Shown here in pieces: positions 38,368 through 52,000 of a stretch of DNA of 64,000 nt (the first letter of the stretch is position 1; each line of letters opens with the position of its first letter). The position numbers were made by a program, and so were the translations under genes. The notes below the pieces were generated by a model. That model had not been told where the DNA came from, ran no database searches, and saw only the letters and a list, made by a program, of their open reading frames with translations. The stretch comes from Azolla caroliniana (Eukaryota > Plantae > Polypodiophyta): contig JBHGNT010000001.1 of assembly GCA_043228905.1 (NCBI GenBank), forward strand, positions 12,214,001 through 12,278,000, read 5' to 3'.

Positions 38368-41300
38368 TCATTCCTCTTTTAAGATGTCGAGGATGTTTTC
38401 GGGGTCCGGGGTGGTGGCAGGGTGGTCTGGTTGGACTGTCGGTGCGGGGGGTTGAGTTTGGTCCAGGGGTGTCATATCCTCTCGGGCGTCCGCCTCAGGT
38501 GCGGTCGATTCTTCTGGTGGGGGTGTGGGTTCGAGGGTGCTGACCTCTACTTCGACTGGATCTGGTACCGTGTGGGCGTCCTCGGGAGGTCTGTTGGCTG
38601 GGGTGAGTTCCTCCTGTGCCGTGTCTGTGATCCCCTCGCTGGAAGGTTCTTCCTTCTGCTCTGTGGCCGTTGGAGGGCTGGTTGGGATGGCTGCAAGTCG
38701 TTCTCGTTCGAAGGCTTCTGCTTCCAGGCGAAACAGCATCTGACCGTCATTGAAGTCCTCCAGTATTTGCTCGATAGCCGCGGTGTGAGATTTTGCCAAG
38801 GACCGATAATCCTCGGTTAAATCTGCACGCAGGTTTTGTATGCTGGCTTCGTCCATTTTGTAAAAGCCGCGGCCCTCCTTCCGTCGGTTCTCGGCGTCGA
38901 CGCGTAAAATATGCAATTCGGCAGCTCGGGCTACCCATTCGTCTCCTGCGCGACTTAATGTTTCCTCGACCTTTTTGGTGAGGTGCTGGCGTTGTTTCTC
39001 GATCAATATTCTGATGCGTGTCTCATCCACGCCGGGCTATGCTCGGATGGCTGCAAATTCCTGTTTTAAGCCGTTGACCTCGGCCTGAAGCTTCTTTGCT
39101 AGCAGTTCATAGGTGGCTTGAGTGTTCTTTGCATCCACAGTTACGAGTTGGATAGACTGCTCGTAATGCTTGGTGAGTTCTTCGGTAGCTTTCTCCCATT
39201 CTTTTTGACATGCGGCCCGGACTTGTTCCCGTTCAACGATTCTCTCTTCTTGTAGGGCGAGGTAGGAATAAGATAATTCGTCTTTTTGCTCCGAAAGTAG
39301 CTTGCATTTGATGAAAAACTTGTCAGCCATTTCTTTAAGGGTCGTACGCTGACTCTGCAGCTCGGCATTCTCCGCGATCATTCTCTCCTCCCGTTGGCGA
39401 TTTCTTTCCTCCTGTCGGTGGTTCCAGTCTTTCGCATTGTCGAGCGCAGCCTGTAGGTCTAGGACCTCCTTCTCTTTCTCTGCCACTGTGGCCGCGTATT
39501 CCTCCAGCTTGCTTTTGAGTTCTGCTTCTTTGCCCGCGGCTTGCGCTTGTACCCGGCCCAGTGCTTTGTTCTGCTCGTGTATCCTTTGGTCGGCCTGGGC
39601 TCTAATCTCGGCCATCTGCTTGGAAGCTTCTTCTTTTAGGCGAGCCATCTCCTCCTGATGCCGTTGTTCGTGTCTCTCGGTTCGCCGTTGTTCTTCTTTA
39701 AGCTCTACTCGGTAATCCCGGAGCGGGGGTTCTGTCTGGGTTGCCACATGTTGGGAGACAAGTCCCTCCGGATGGGAAGGGAAACCGTATGAAGAGTACC
39801 CGGCTACGGAGAGCCGGATGGTGCAGACCCGGTATGAACCGGATGAGGAGTACCCAGTTACGGAGAGCCGAATGATACAGACCCGGTGAAGAACCGGATG
39901 AGGAGCACCTGGCTACGGAGAACTGGATGACGCAGACTCGGTGAGAACCGGAGGAAGAGACATATTCGTTAATATGTTTCTGAGAGCCCATCGAGGCTAT
40001 ATTTGTAAATAGCCGAAAAGTCATATTAGTATAAATATGACTTAGGGCAAATATGTGTTGTTGTTGTTCATTTTTTTTTGGTGCAAGAAGAAGAGACTGT
40101 GTGTGTAACTGTACAGAGAGAGAGAGAGAGAGAGAAAAAGAGGTCGTTGCCTCTATTGTAACCGCCGCCTGTGGCGAAGATCTGTGAGCACGAGGTCGGT
40201 GCCTCAGTGAACTCACTGTTGTATATTCTTACATAATGACAGTTTGCAGCCTGTGGGCTGCCGTGGTTTTTTCCCCTAGTTTGGGGTTTTCCACGTAAAC
40301 CTCCTGTGTATCTCCCTCTTCTTCTTGTCGTGTTTTATTTCCGTTTTTCTGTGTATGATCCTAAGCTCGGTTGTGGCCAAGTGTTGCGTATAGGGAGCGT
40401 TGAGTCCCGTCACCACCTCCTTGGGTGGACGAGGGGGTGGTATCTCGGTCTTCTCCATGGGCGTGGCCGCCTCGGTTGTTGTGCAGGCATCAACCATTTG
40501 TAACGAGTCCGTTTGTGTGCTGGCCTAGATCGTCAGGATTGAATCCGTGACGGTGCTTTCATCCATCATTGTTATGCGTGGAGGGGCTAGGAGGGCCTCG
40601 GTGGTCGTGGCCTGAAGGCTCAAGAGTTGTTGTTCCGGCCGGTTTTGCTCACACACTGCCAGTTTCTATTTCGCAGCGTGCCATAATTCCGTAGCCACCT
40701 TAGCCTATTTTTGGGCTGTTTTTATCTTTCAGGCCATGTCTTTGGCTGCCCGCGTAGTGCGATCCAAGTCCCTATATGCCTTGATAAGGGCCGTGTTCAA
40801 CTCGGGGACCTCCATGAGGAGAGCGGCCTGTTTTGCCTGCTTCTTTCTCCCTATTTTTTGTAAAGCCCTGTCGTCTTGGGGCTCAATTTCACCTAATAGC
40901 GCGCGTTGAATTATTTTTGTTTCGGCATGCTCTTCCGCCATTCGAGCGGCTGCCGCGATTTGGGCTCTGGCGAGGAAGTCGACCAGCTCGAATGTCGTAC
41001 CGAGGTGTAGGAGCGCATTAAATTCGTAAGCCTCCGCGGGGAGGTCTTTATACCCGAGGACTTCATCCTCCGAGATCTGCGTTGTCTGCCCATGCTCGAT
41101 CTTTCCTTGGTTCAGCGATGCCTCCTCAGGGATGATGGCCAGGTTGCTTTGGCTGACAACTAAGGCTTGCTCCTGTTGTGGCTCTTTCTATTCTGCCGAG
41201 GACTCGCGGTTGAGTCGTCTTCTCTTGCTTGGTTGGGTTTGGGGTTCCGGGGCCGGTAGTGTCGTTTCCTCCGCCTGCTTCCTTTTTTGGGGTCGTGGTG

Positions 41301-42132
41301 GTGCTGCCTGCTGTGTGTTGGGGCGTGGGCTAGGCCCTGGGGAAGTTACAGAGGGGCGCGGTGTTGGCTATCGAATGGTGACATCGTCTGCCATGTTGCC
41401 CTCCGTGGCTATCTCCTCCTCCCATTCTTGGCAGGTCTCGGAAACTGCCCTTTTTTGTTGGGGTTGGGTGGGTGGTGGTGCCGATGCGGGGTTTTGGTCA
41501 ACGGCAGGAGGTGAAGGTGATGTGGGCTCCTCCCATGCTTCGTGGCTGATGGCAACGAATTTCTCTCTCTGCCTTCGTGGTGGTTGTGGGGACGTGAGTG
41601 TGCGAGGGGAAGGAAGAGAAGAGGGTGGGTATAGAACCATCAAAAAGTGGGTAAGAACAAACAACATCTTCTTACCGGATTGGAATGAGGCTAAGGCGGC
41701 GTGGAGTCCTTCACCTGTGATGATTCCCCAATCGACTCTGTTTCCTTCATACGCGCTGATGATGATGGCTGCCTTGTTCTGCGGCATGCTCGTTGGGTTC
41801 GTATGCACGAACACATACTCCATCAATATACGAGCAATCTCCCCGAAAGCTCTGTTGGGACCGCCATACGTGCGATATGCCTTCCCTGAGGCTGAGTACT
41901 CACCGAAGTACTCTTTCAGCTTCGATGTCGGGGGTATGTTGACCTCATGGTCCCCTCCCCGTTGCAGGTCCAAAACAGCCCGAAGCACGTTGTTGGTGAT
42001 GGCTTCGGGACAAATACGTTTAGCCACTCCTTGGGCATCTGGGTGCGCGGGGGCATCGATGATCTTTAGGTAACCGCCCATTCCTCGTTCCTGGAGCTAG
42101 GCGCGGGTTTCTGTTGAAGCGGTAAGAGGCAT
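38368..42132 (-). pseudogene. Extra ORF of gypsy H (about 1000 aa: globular N-domain, Pro-rich linker, long coiled coil)
   Basis: ORF pieces 41368-42081, 40729-40941, 39037-39747 and 38368-39030 are collinear and separated by TAG stops. Removing the solo LTR restores PKEV|ATQTEPP in frame. Confidence 0.75.
39749..40412 (+). mobile_element. Copia solo LTR (F/G-related family)
   Basis: TGTTGGGAGAC...CCCGTCA; flanks CCACA/CCACC; shares GTCCCTCCGGATGGG and AGTATAAATATGACTTAGGGC with the F/G LTRs; internal tandem U3 repeats. Confidence 0.88.
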
Positions 42133-42614
42133 GGTGGAGATGGAGACGGGGTTTGACTGTGTGGAAGAGTGAAGAAGAGTGATGAGGCGAGGGTGAGACA
42201 GAGGAGGAACAACAGGAAGGGGAAGTTTAGCAGAGGGGCTATGAGAGCGAAAGAGGGCTTGAGAGCAAGAGCGTTTAGAGCGATGAGAGCGAGAAGGGGC
42301 TTCTGAGCTTGAGAGTGATGGAGATTGGGAGCGATAATGAACTTCTGTGTTTGTGCTGCGTTTTGGAAACGGTTTTAGTAACTTACTCCTAGGGTTTTGT
42401 GCCCGAAGCGAATCCTGAAGATTTTGAGTCGTGGGTGCCATAATAAGTGACTAGCGCCATGTGTCTTGAAGGTGAGTGGGGTGCTTCTAGTGCTTTGCAT
42501 GTGCTTAAATAGGTACTAAATGAGAGGTGGCGAGGGGTGCTCCTAAATTTGTGGGTGCCTAGGTGGGTGGTGTAGGTGTAGCTAATCGGTGGCTAAACTA
42601 TGGTTAATCCTACC

Positions 42615-45600
42615 TACTTTATTAATATCAAGAAGGTGGGTGAGTCCTTATTAAGGGGGACACGTGGCCTCCTCCGTGGTGGTCTCCCGAAACTCGTTTG
42701 TGCCGTGTGGCTCGGTAAACGGGTTGGGTGGTGTAGTGCCTCGATATGGTCGAAGTCAGAAACCATTGGCCCAACTTTTGACAGTGTCACCGGGGAGTGT
42801 GCCGAGGTGGAACATCCCGTGGAACTCGTCGATAATCCAGAATGGACCGGTCCACCGAAATCTTAATTTTCTCGGCATAGACCCGAGTCATGTTTGAAAA
42901 AGAAGAACTGGTTTGCCGATGGTGAGCTCCTTTTCCAACCCGTTTCGATGTCGATCCACGAAAGCCTTGCGTTGTCGTTGGCGTTGTTCGAGCTGGGCCA
43001 TACTCTCTATCCTGTCTTCGCCGAGTTTGAGGAGTTGTTCCAGCCGGTATTGCTCGGATTGGGCCTCGGGGAGCCGTGCTTTGATTTGAACTCGGAGGCT
43101 TGGGACTTGGAACTCGATGGGCATTATGGCTTGTAACCCGAACGCCATTCGAAAGGGGGTTGATTGGATGCTTGTTTTGAAAGTCGTATGATACGCCCAC
43201 AACGCGCTCTGGAGTTTGTCATCCCAATCGGTCCTGTTTTCATTGACGATCTTCTTCAGTATGGTTTGGAGGATTTTATTGGTCTTCTCCAGTATGGTAT
43301 GCTTTTCTTGTGCACCACCGTGTAGTGGTGTGTAAGCTCACGTATTATATGATTGATGAAGTGCCCACCTTGGTCACTAATGAGCTCGATTGGGCATCCG
43401 TAACGGCACCAGAGGTGCTCGTACACGAATTTAGCCGTGGATGCCGCCGTGTTGTCTCGGAGTGCCTTAGCCTCGACCCATTTGGTGTAGTAATCCGTGG
43501 CAACGATAATATACCTATTCCCTGTACGGGCCGCAGGTGGTTTGAAAGGGCCTACAAAATCCAAACCCCATTTTTGAAAGGGGTCCAACGGAAGAATTGG
43601 CTGGTGTGGCATGCGTGACTGTTCCATTGGTTGCCCCAGTCGTTGGCACAAATCGCACTGCCGGCAAAACTCGTGAGCGTCTCTCTTCGTTGTCGGCCAC
43701 CACAATCTGCTTTGCCAAACTTTCCTTGCCGTGGAATCCCCGGCGTAGTGCCCCCCAACTACTCCCTGGTGGGCCTCCTGAAGAACGACGTTCTTCTCGA
43801 ATTGGCGAATCGCTGGGCGCCATATGCCGTTCGAGCCTTTGTGGTAGAGAATGTTCGAGACGAGGCAAAAATTCCGGCTACGCACTGCTAGGCGTTTTCT
43901 CGTGTCAAGGGGCATGTGCTCGGGAGGTAAACCGGTAGTGAGAAAATGGGTCATCTCCGTGATCCATTCATCTTCGTTATCGTCTAGCATCATGGTCAGG
44001 TTAAATAGGTTGGCGTCCGGTAGCTCGTCGTACGTTGTTTTCGCTGGTTCCCCTGACTCAAGACGGCTCAAGTAGTCGGCGACGGCATGTTGTACCCCGG
44101 GTCAATGCTGAATCTGGAAATCAAACTCTTGGAGTTGGAGCATCCACTAAGCCAACCGTCCGGTGAGGGCTTGTTTATTGACCAAATAAAGAAGGGCTGA
44201 GTGATCCACGTGAAAGGTAAATTTCCGGCTCAAGAGGTAATGCCGGAATTTATTGATGCTATAAATCATATTGAGGGCCTCCCGCTCGGTGGTGGAGTAA
44301 TTCTTTTCCGCGGTCGAGAGCCGTCGGCTGGCGTAGTACAAGGGCCTATATCAATTCGTGGGTGTGCATTGCATCAGGGCACTTTCGATGGCGATGTCCG
44401 AAGCATCTATGAAGACATGAAACGGTTCGGACCAAACTGGAGACTGGACCACCAGGGCATGTGACATCATTAGTTTCAGGGTCTGATAGGCCGTGTCCTC
44501 GATTGACATCCATTGGAAGGGAAGGTGATGGACTACCGCGTGTAAAGGTGTCGCGAAATCGGCCAGGTGTCGTATCATTCGGTTGTGCCACCGGATCTAT
44601 CCCAAACATCGGCTTAGTGCCTTAGCGTTCGAGGGTGTGGTGGCTGTAAGGATGGCCTTTACTTTATCTGGGTCCATAGCGATGCCTTCTTGACTGACAA
44701 TGTGGCCGAGAAGGTTGCCGCTGGTGACTAAGAACGCGCATTTCGCCGGGTTTAAGCTCAATCGAGCTTGGCGACATCGGTCCAGGCAGAGTCGTAACTG
44801 GGTCATGTGTTCCCGTCGATGGCCATACACGGCGAAATCATTGAGAAAGACTTGCATGAACGCCGGGATGTAGTTATGAAAGATTTTGGTGATGATGCGC
44901 TGGAACGTAGCCGGCACCGTTTTTAGACTGAACATCATTACTTCTGCTACAAAAACACCCCATTCCGTGACGAAAGCGGTTTTCTCCTAATCCTCCGGGT
45001 GCATTCTTATCTGGTTATAGCCGCTGAACCCGTTGAGGAAACTGTAGCATTCGTGGTAGGCTACCGTGTCGAGGACGCTGTCCGTGAAGGGGAGAGGGAA
45101 ACCATCAGTGACTGTTGCCGCGTTAAGCTTCCGATAGTCGACGCAGACGCGGGTTTTTCCGTTCTTCTTTGGGAACGATCGGGCTCAACCACGTGGCCCG
45201 TTTAACAGGGTGAATGAAGCCCACTCAGAGTAGTTTGTCGATTTCCTCTTTGACTTTAGCGGCGTAGTTGGGGTTCATCCTGTAGCGCCTCTACTGAACC
45301 AGTCGAGTGTCGGGTAAGATGTGAATTTGATGTTGGTAGTATTGAGGATCCAGCCCCTTCATATCGGTGTAAGACCAAGCGAAAACATCCTGGTAGTCGG
45401 TGAGCAATCGTACGAGGGATGCCCGTTCTCCGGTTGGTAGATTATTGGCAATTTGTAACGTACAGGGATTCTCGTCCGAGCCGAGGTTGATTGTTTCCAG
45501 GGTTGATGCTTTGACTCGTTGTGAAATGGCGAGTTCACGTTCGAACGCCTCCCGAGCATGGCGTAGCTCGGCAACTGTGGTTGGATCTGGTTCATCTTGG

Positions 45601-46290
45601 GGTGGTGATTCCTCCGTGACTTCCTCGTCTTTAGGTGGCTCGATGGTTGGTAAGGCATTCATTTCGAAGAGAGGGATGATCGTGGGATGATCATCTAGGA
45701 AGTCATCGACCTCCTCATCGGCCAAACCGTCAAGCATATGGACCCCTTCTGCGTATAACGGCGAAGTGTTGAGGGCGACAGGGATTCGTTCTTCAGTGAT
45801 GATTCAGACTTTTGTCTTGCCTCTTCGGAACGAGATCATGTTGCGTTGCCAATGTTGCTTGATATTCGCTGTACGCAACCATGGTCGACCTAGTAACATT
45901 GGGTAGGCGCCTTGTGTCTCCAGTCTTAGCACGACGGCCGAGATCGTGAACATGTGGCCTCCGAGTGTGAAGTCGAGATGGCGGATTAAACCAATGGGGC
46001 GAACGGAGCGGGTGTCGGCCATCCGAAGCCAAAAGGGGCATGGTTCCCATTGATTCAGGCCGAGGTTGTGACACGTTGACTCGCTAATAACGTTTACGCC
46101 GAATCCGCCGTCGATGATGCATCCGTGCAGGTCTTGTCTCTTAATGATGATTCGCATGGCTAGGTTCTGAGAATCCATGAGTGGTGGACCGGTTCCTGCT
46201 TCGGTGAGGTGTACCGGTGGCGTCACGGGCTTAGTATTGGCTTGGAGTGCCGCCAGGGTGTCCCGAAATCTTGGCATGAGTGGTAACAAT
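42615..46290 (-). pseudogene. pol of gypsy H (protease, RT, RNase H, integrase), disrupted
   Basis: IIDGGFGVNVI; PATFQR..VFLNDF; DASD..KNYSTTEREAL; H..GGHY..CDLCQ; WGLDFVGP; ISDQGGHF; RWTGPF. Confidence 0.9.
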
Positions 46291-46299
46291 TTATGTAGG

Positions 46300-47750
46300 G
46301 GCAGCGAGATGCGGGAGTTGGTAAGAACATCCCATAGCTGGTCGTCCTCCGATGACGTGGATGGTACCGAGGTTTGTGCCCGTCTCTCATGTCAGTTTGC
46401 ATGCGCACGACATTATTTTTATTGGCCGTGTCGATCCATTCTTTTGCTGCCTGACGGATTTCATCCTGGATTTGCCACTGTGTAGGTTGCGCTTTACTCC
46501 GGGTAGTGACGGTTTGAACATTGGCCATGATACTGTTCACCGCGGGTGCCTTGCCACGGTCGGTTGTTGGACATTGCGTGGCGTAGTGGCCTGGTTGGTA
46601 ACATTTAAAACACGTAACGTTGGCCGAGTTGCTGGTGTCCGCTCGGTCTCTGTGTGGAAGCTGTTGTTGTTGATTCCCAGTCTCGTTTGGTGGTGGGTTG
46701 TTCCAAGGTGCGTTGGAGTTGCGCTGGTCATTTTGAGGAGCGTCTCGTCGGCAGTTGTCGTTATGTCTTCTATTGTTGCGTGAGTTGCGGTTGCTGTTTC
46801 GCCGATCAATGCGTGAGTTCCGTCGGTCATACCGGTCATCGCGATCGTCATCATATCGAGCATAATCGTCGTGCCGGTCATCGCGATAGTGATCACGGCG
46901 GTCATCACGTCGGTAGTTGTCGTCTCTGCGCCGTCGATCCGGGGATCGCGGTCGGTCGTTATCCTGGTCTCGGTAGGCATATCGCTCGTCCTGCCGAGAG
47001 TATGTATTTCTTGGCTTGATTTGGCGGACCGGTGCCGCCGTTGTGCGGTTCAACATATTATATTCGCACTGCTCGACAGTGTGAGCTTGAGAATGACAGA
47101 TCGGACACTGTGGTCGGTGGGGACATTCGAGGGCCAGGTGCCCTGATCCTGAACACGCCGTGCATTGGAGAGCTTGGCGAAAGCGATTGTCCTCTTGGGG
47201 AAGAGCGTTTTGTAAGGATGTCATCGAGAAGGCCGCGCCGTGCTGGGTCCGATGGAGGGCGAGAACCCGCGCTATGACTTGTTCGATAGTATGGTTGGCG
47301 AAATTTGTAAGTGTGAGAGTCGTTCGGAGAGGCTCTCGTAAACTGGACAGGAAAGTGTCTGGTATATGTTGTGCCGAGACATCATCGGCCACTTGTCTGT
47401 AGAAATCCTGGAACCGGATCGTGAACTGCGCGACCGTTTCGTGCGGTTCTTGGCATATAGAGAAGAATTGCCGGAGCAGTTCCCGTTTAGGCATCTCACG
47501 ATGAAAAAGTTCAAGGAACTTTGTGCGCACGATTTGGAAAGTGGTGGCCTCTCCTATTTTGAGGCGAGAGTACCATCGTGCGGCCGGTCCATCGAGGGAG
47601 AGTGTGAACTCGACAATCTTTGAGGCATCGATTTCGGCCGGCGTGAGGCGGTGCGTTGAGTGGTTGGCCTGCCACGTGGATATGAAGGCACGGATGTGTG
47701 ACTCCCCGTATGGTCCGTCGGTGTATCGTGGGTATGGGTACGACATGATG
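46300..47750 (-). CDS. gag of gypsy H with three CCHC knuckles and an Arg/Asp-rich tract
   Basis: Within ORF 46223-48037: FTLSLDGPAARWY; CTACSGSGHLALEC; CPICHSQAHTVEQC; CFKCYQPGHYATQC. Confidence 0.85.
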
Positions 47751-48405
47751 TTGTACTCTGGGTCTTCTGGTAGCACCGGAAAAGGGTTTAGTTTTGGTTG
47801 ATTGACCTCCGGAAGGCTCAACGGGGGTTTTGGTGGTGAATCAACGCGTGATCGACTGTCCGGTGGCGAGGATTGCACTGGGGAAGCCTCCGATTGCTCG
47901 AGAAAACATTGGTCAGTGACCGTCGAGTCGGAAGTTCCTTCGAGTGTCATGATAACACTCACATCATGCATTGAAAGGATGATGACACTCACATTATGAC
48001 TCGAAAGGATTTGAACCCACGACCTTGTTGTACACATGTCAAATCCTTAACCATTGTATTAATATTCTTATATATATAGTCTCTAGAATATGAAATCTAA
48101 TATCATAGGAATATTCTATATTACTCTACATTCTAGAATGACCTAGAATATTCTAGAGTGTTCTATACCACTAGAACCTTCTAGAATACTCTAGAGATCT
48201 TCTAGATTACTCTACATTCTAGGATAACCTAGAATATTCTAGAGTGTTCTCTATTACTTATAAATAGGGATCTACCACCCATCCCAAACCTAAATTGGTT
48301 CAACGCCATTTTGTAGCCTACTCTTTGTAATCCATTTTACACTGTCGAGGTATTCCTCGCGGATGCGTGGAGTGAGGCGGGACCTCGGGGGTCCTGTACC
48401 GAAGA

Positions 48406-48445
<40 letters not shown>

Positions 48446-48747
48446 CACTACGTGCGAGCGTAGATTCACAGGGACATGGCCCTTCGACGCAAAGACGCGA
48501 ATGGGACAACGACACAGAAAGCCACGAAAGTATGTATGTATTGACAAGACAAACAACAAGAACACGAGGACAACAAAACACGAAGTCGGTTACAACCGAA
48601 CAGGCCGGCGGACAGATGCCAATACCTGTTCATAAACGCACAGAAAGACAGGAACAGGTTGGAGGTGCTGCCGGAAGCAGTCGGGCATTCCTCAGAGCAG
48701 CGCGAGCCTCCCGAAACCTGCACAGAAGGAAGCTATGGAGTCTGCGA

Positions 48748-48787
<40 letters not shown>

Positions 48788-49091
48788 CCTTCGCGCCCAA
48801 TTTGACAGCACTTCGTCCTCGACTCTCCGCGATCCCCTTTTCTCCTCCTCGTCTCCCTCCTTTTATAGGCTAGGAAGGAGCCGTTTCCCCTTTACTTCCT
48901 ACCTACCGAATCTGCCCGCCTAGGATCTCCTATGTACAACATAAGGCGCACGTGCATGAAGAGCCGGTTCCTACGCTCTGGTGCACCGATTCCGCTTGTG
49001 GACGGTTTTCTTCACGACATCTGCCCCCACCTAACCGCGCATCCACCGGCATGCGCCAATTGTGTTGGGACGGAGAAAACCGGTCTAGCCT

Positions 49092-52000
49092 TCATTCCCC
49101 GCCCGTCGGTTCTTCCTCGGTTTCGGATCGTTCGTCGTCCCGGTCCAGGTCAACCGGATCCGGCTCGTCGTCGTGACGCTTCTTGAACGCTTTGATCCGT
49201 TTCCCAGCTACCGGTATCGCCACTCTCGTGCCGTCGAGTTCCGCCAGATGGTACGTCCCGTTGTCGTTGGCGCTTTGTACCACGTAAGGCCCGAACCACC
49301 TTCTTGCAAACTTCCGCGTCGCTCGGTGATGGTTGTCGAGGCTGCTGTCGTAGACTAGCGCCCAGTCGCCTTCCTCGATCTTCTTCGGTCGGAGCCGGTG
49401 CGTCCGGTCGAACCGGGCTTTGTTCCTCGTCCTGGCCACCCGAAGCCTTTCCGCAGCCCGCTCCACGTCCTCCGGTCTCCGCTCGAGCTGTCGTATGCGC
49501 GCCGCCAGCAGGTCCTCCCTGCTCATCTCGTTTCTCCAGTCCTCGGTTGCCCACGAGGAGATCGTACGTTCCATTGGCATGACCGGCTTCTGCCCAAACA
49601 TGAGTTCTGCCGGCATGAATCCGGTTACCGAATTGTGTGTAGTCCGGTCAGCCCACAACGCGTAAGGCAGTAGCCGCGGCCAGTTCCCGACTCGACCTCC
49701 GCATGCCCGAACTAACGCCTTGACGATCGGTCCGTGTCTGCGCTCCACCTTCCCATTTGCCTCTGGATTGTACGCAGTGGTAAGCGAGAGCTTGACCCCT
49801 AGCCGGTCGAACAGCTCCTCGGCCTCTTCGGCGTCCAACTCCCCGCGATCAGCCACAATCTTCCCGACGCACCCGTACCGGCATATCACGTCCTCAATCA
49901 GGAACCAACATACGGCCGCGGTCGTTTTGTTCTGAAGGGCCCGGCCTTCTACCTGGTTCGTTAGATCTTCCCGAGCCAGGACCATATACCGCATCTGTCC
50001 TACTCCCATCGGCATCGTCACCAGGTCTACCATCCATTTGAAGTGGATGGTCGGAGGGTACGTAGGGTGAAGCTCGTCCCGGTGTCGGACCACGGAGTGC
50101 ATCTGACAGCTCCTGCAAGTTATCACGAATCGATGCACGTCCCAGTACAGTCCCGGCCACCAGTACTTCCCCTTTATCTTCTCGAACGTGGCCCAGGTTC
50201 CACGGTGTTCGGCCCAAGGGCTGTCGTGGTAGGCCGTCAGCAGCTCCTCCTGTTCTTCCTTCATCGCCACCACCCGGAGCGGAGTGCCGTCCCTCTTCTT
50301 CGGGTGCTTCCATAAGTATCCGTCCCGGAGAAAGAATTGGTAAGCTTTCTTCCGGATCCGGTTGGCCTCGTCCTTCGTCCATGACGCATCCGGCGTCATT
50401 GTCCTCAAGAATCCACCGATCTGGAGCCACTCGCTGTCGTACTTGCTCTCGTCGAAGTCGTTAAGTGCCGGAGTGCTCGTCCCATCGGTCGTCACGTACG
50501 CCGCCTCGAAGAAGTCCACGCCGACTTCTTCGTCCTCCGAAACCATGCCGCCCTCGTCATCAAACCTCGCCCTCGAAAGCATGTCGGCCATGGCGTTGTC
50601 CTTTCCGGAAATGTGTCGTATCTCCGGGTCCAGGGACTTGATGTACGCTATCCACCTGAGCATCGCCAGGTCCGGTGTCGCGCATCCAGAAACCATGCCG
50701 AGAATTGGCAGGCAATCCGTCTCGATAATCACTTCTGCCCCGATCAGGTAGTCTTTGTCGGCCTTTACTGCCGAAACGATACCCCAGAGTTCACGTTTAA
50801 CCTGGGCGTACCCTCGCTGTCGCTCACTGAGGACCTTCGCGCTGAATCGGATCGGGAACCGGGTACCGTCCTCGTCTTCTTGGTTGACGACCCATCCGAT
50901 CCCGGTCGGGCTCGTATCCACCGTTATGTATACCGGGGTACCCTTCTCGTAGACAGCCTTCCGGAGCGCCGGTGCTGCCGTAAGAGCCTCCTTCAGCTTC
51001 CGGACCGACCCCGTGTGCTCATCTCGCCACTCGAATCTTTGCCCCTTCTTCAGCAACCCGTATAGTGGCTCTACAACGTGGGCGTAATGCGGGATCCATA
51101 TGTGGTAGAATGCGCATGCCCCCAGGAACCTCCGAACTACCGTAACCGAGCTACAGTTGGTCTTCATCGCGGAGATGGCTTCTACCTTTGCCGGAGACGG
51201 CTTCCGGCCATATGGCCCACATAGGTGTCCGACTACCAGGATTTCCGATTGCCCGAAGGCCGATTTCTCCCCGGAGAAGGTGAGCCTAGCATCCTCTAGC
51301 CTTTGTAGCACCTTCTCGCAGTCGTCGATGTGTTTCTCCACGAATCGCCGGCATCCGTCCGGCCCGACTGTCTCGTCCTTCTCTTCCACCGGGCACCCCT
51401 TAATCGGGATGTCGTCCAGAAATGGCATGGTGATGTCGGGGATACAATCCCTCAGTACCTTGTTCATTGCATTTACCATGTGAGCCACCGAGTTAGTCCC
51501 TCCTTGTGGCAGGGTACACATTCGCACTAGGCCGAGGGGAGTTCGCATCGTCGTAATGTCTCTGCTCTCCACGGCTAGCTGGAACTGGTCGTACCCTGAG
51601 TACAGATCACTGACCGAGTAAATCGACCTTCCGGCAAAGGCCTCCGTGAACTCGTCTATGGTCGGTCCGATTCCTGCGTTTCGAATGGTCACTCTGTTGA
51701 CCGGCTGCAGGTCTTGAATGAAGCGCATCGCTCCGTTTTTCTTCGGTACGATAAACCATCGGTTCGAGTATGGGGCACTCGACGGTTCAAGAATGCCCAT
51801 ATCTACTTTCTGCCTTAATAGCTCCATCAACTTCGGGATGTGAGCTCTCGGTACCGGAATCGGCTTGAGATTCCATGGCACATGCGGTACTGTGAATATC
51901 ACCATCGGCTCCACGATCGTCGGGTCTACGCACCCGATCTCTTCCGGTGAGAATGCGAAGGCTTTCCCCTGCCTTCCGAGCATCCTCCGAAACCGGTCTT

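Noticed and set aside
41132-42073. 313-aa plus-strand ORF and the other long antisense ORFs (e.g. 51865-52659)
   Set aside because: Shadow frames of GC-rich retroelement coding sequence with no independent motifs.
48004-48062. Functional tRNA genes here and at 3976 and 62823
   Set aside because: The A/B boxes are present, but acceptor and anticodon stems do not pair.
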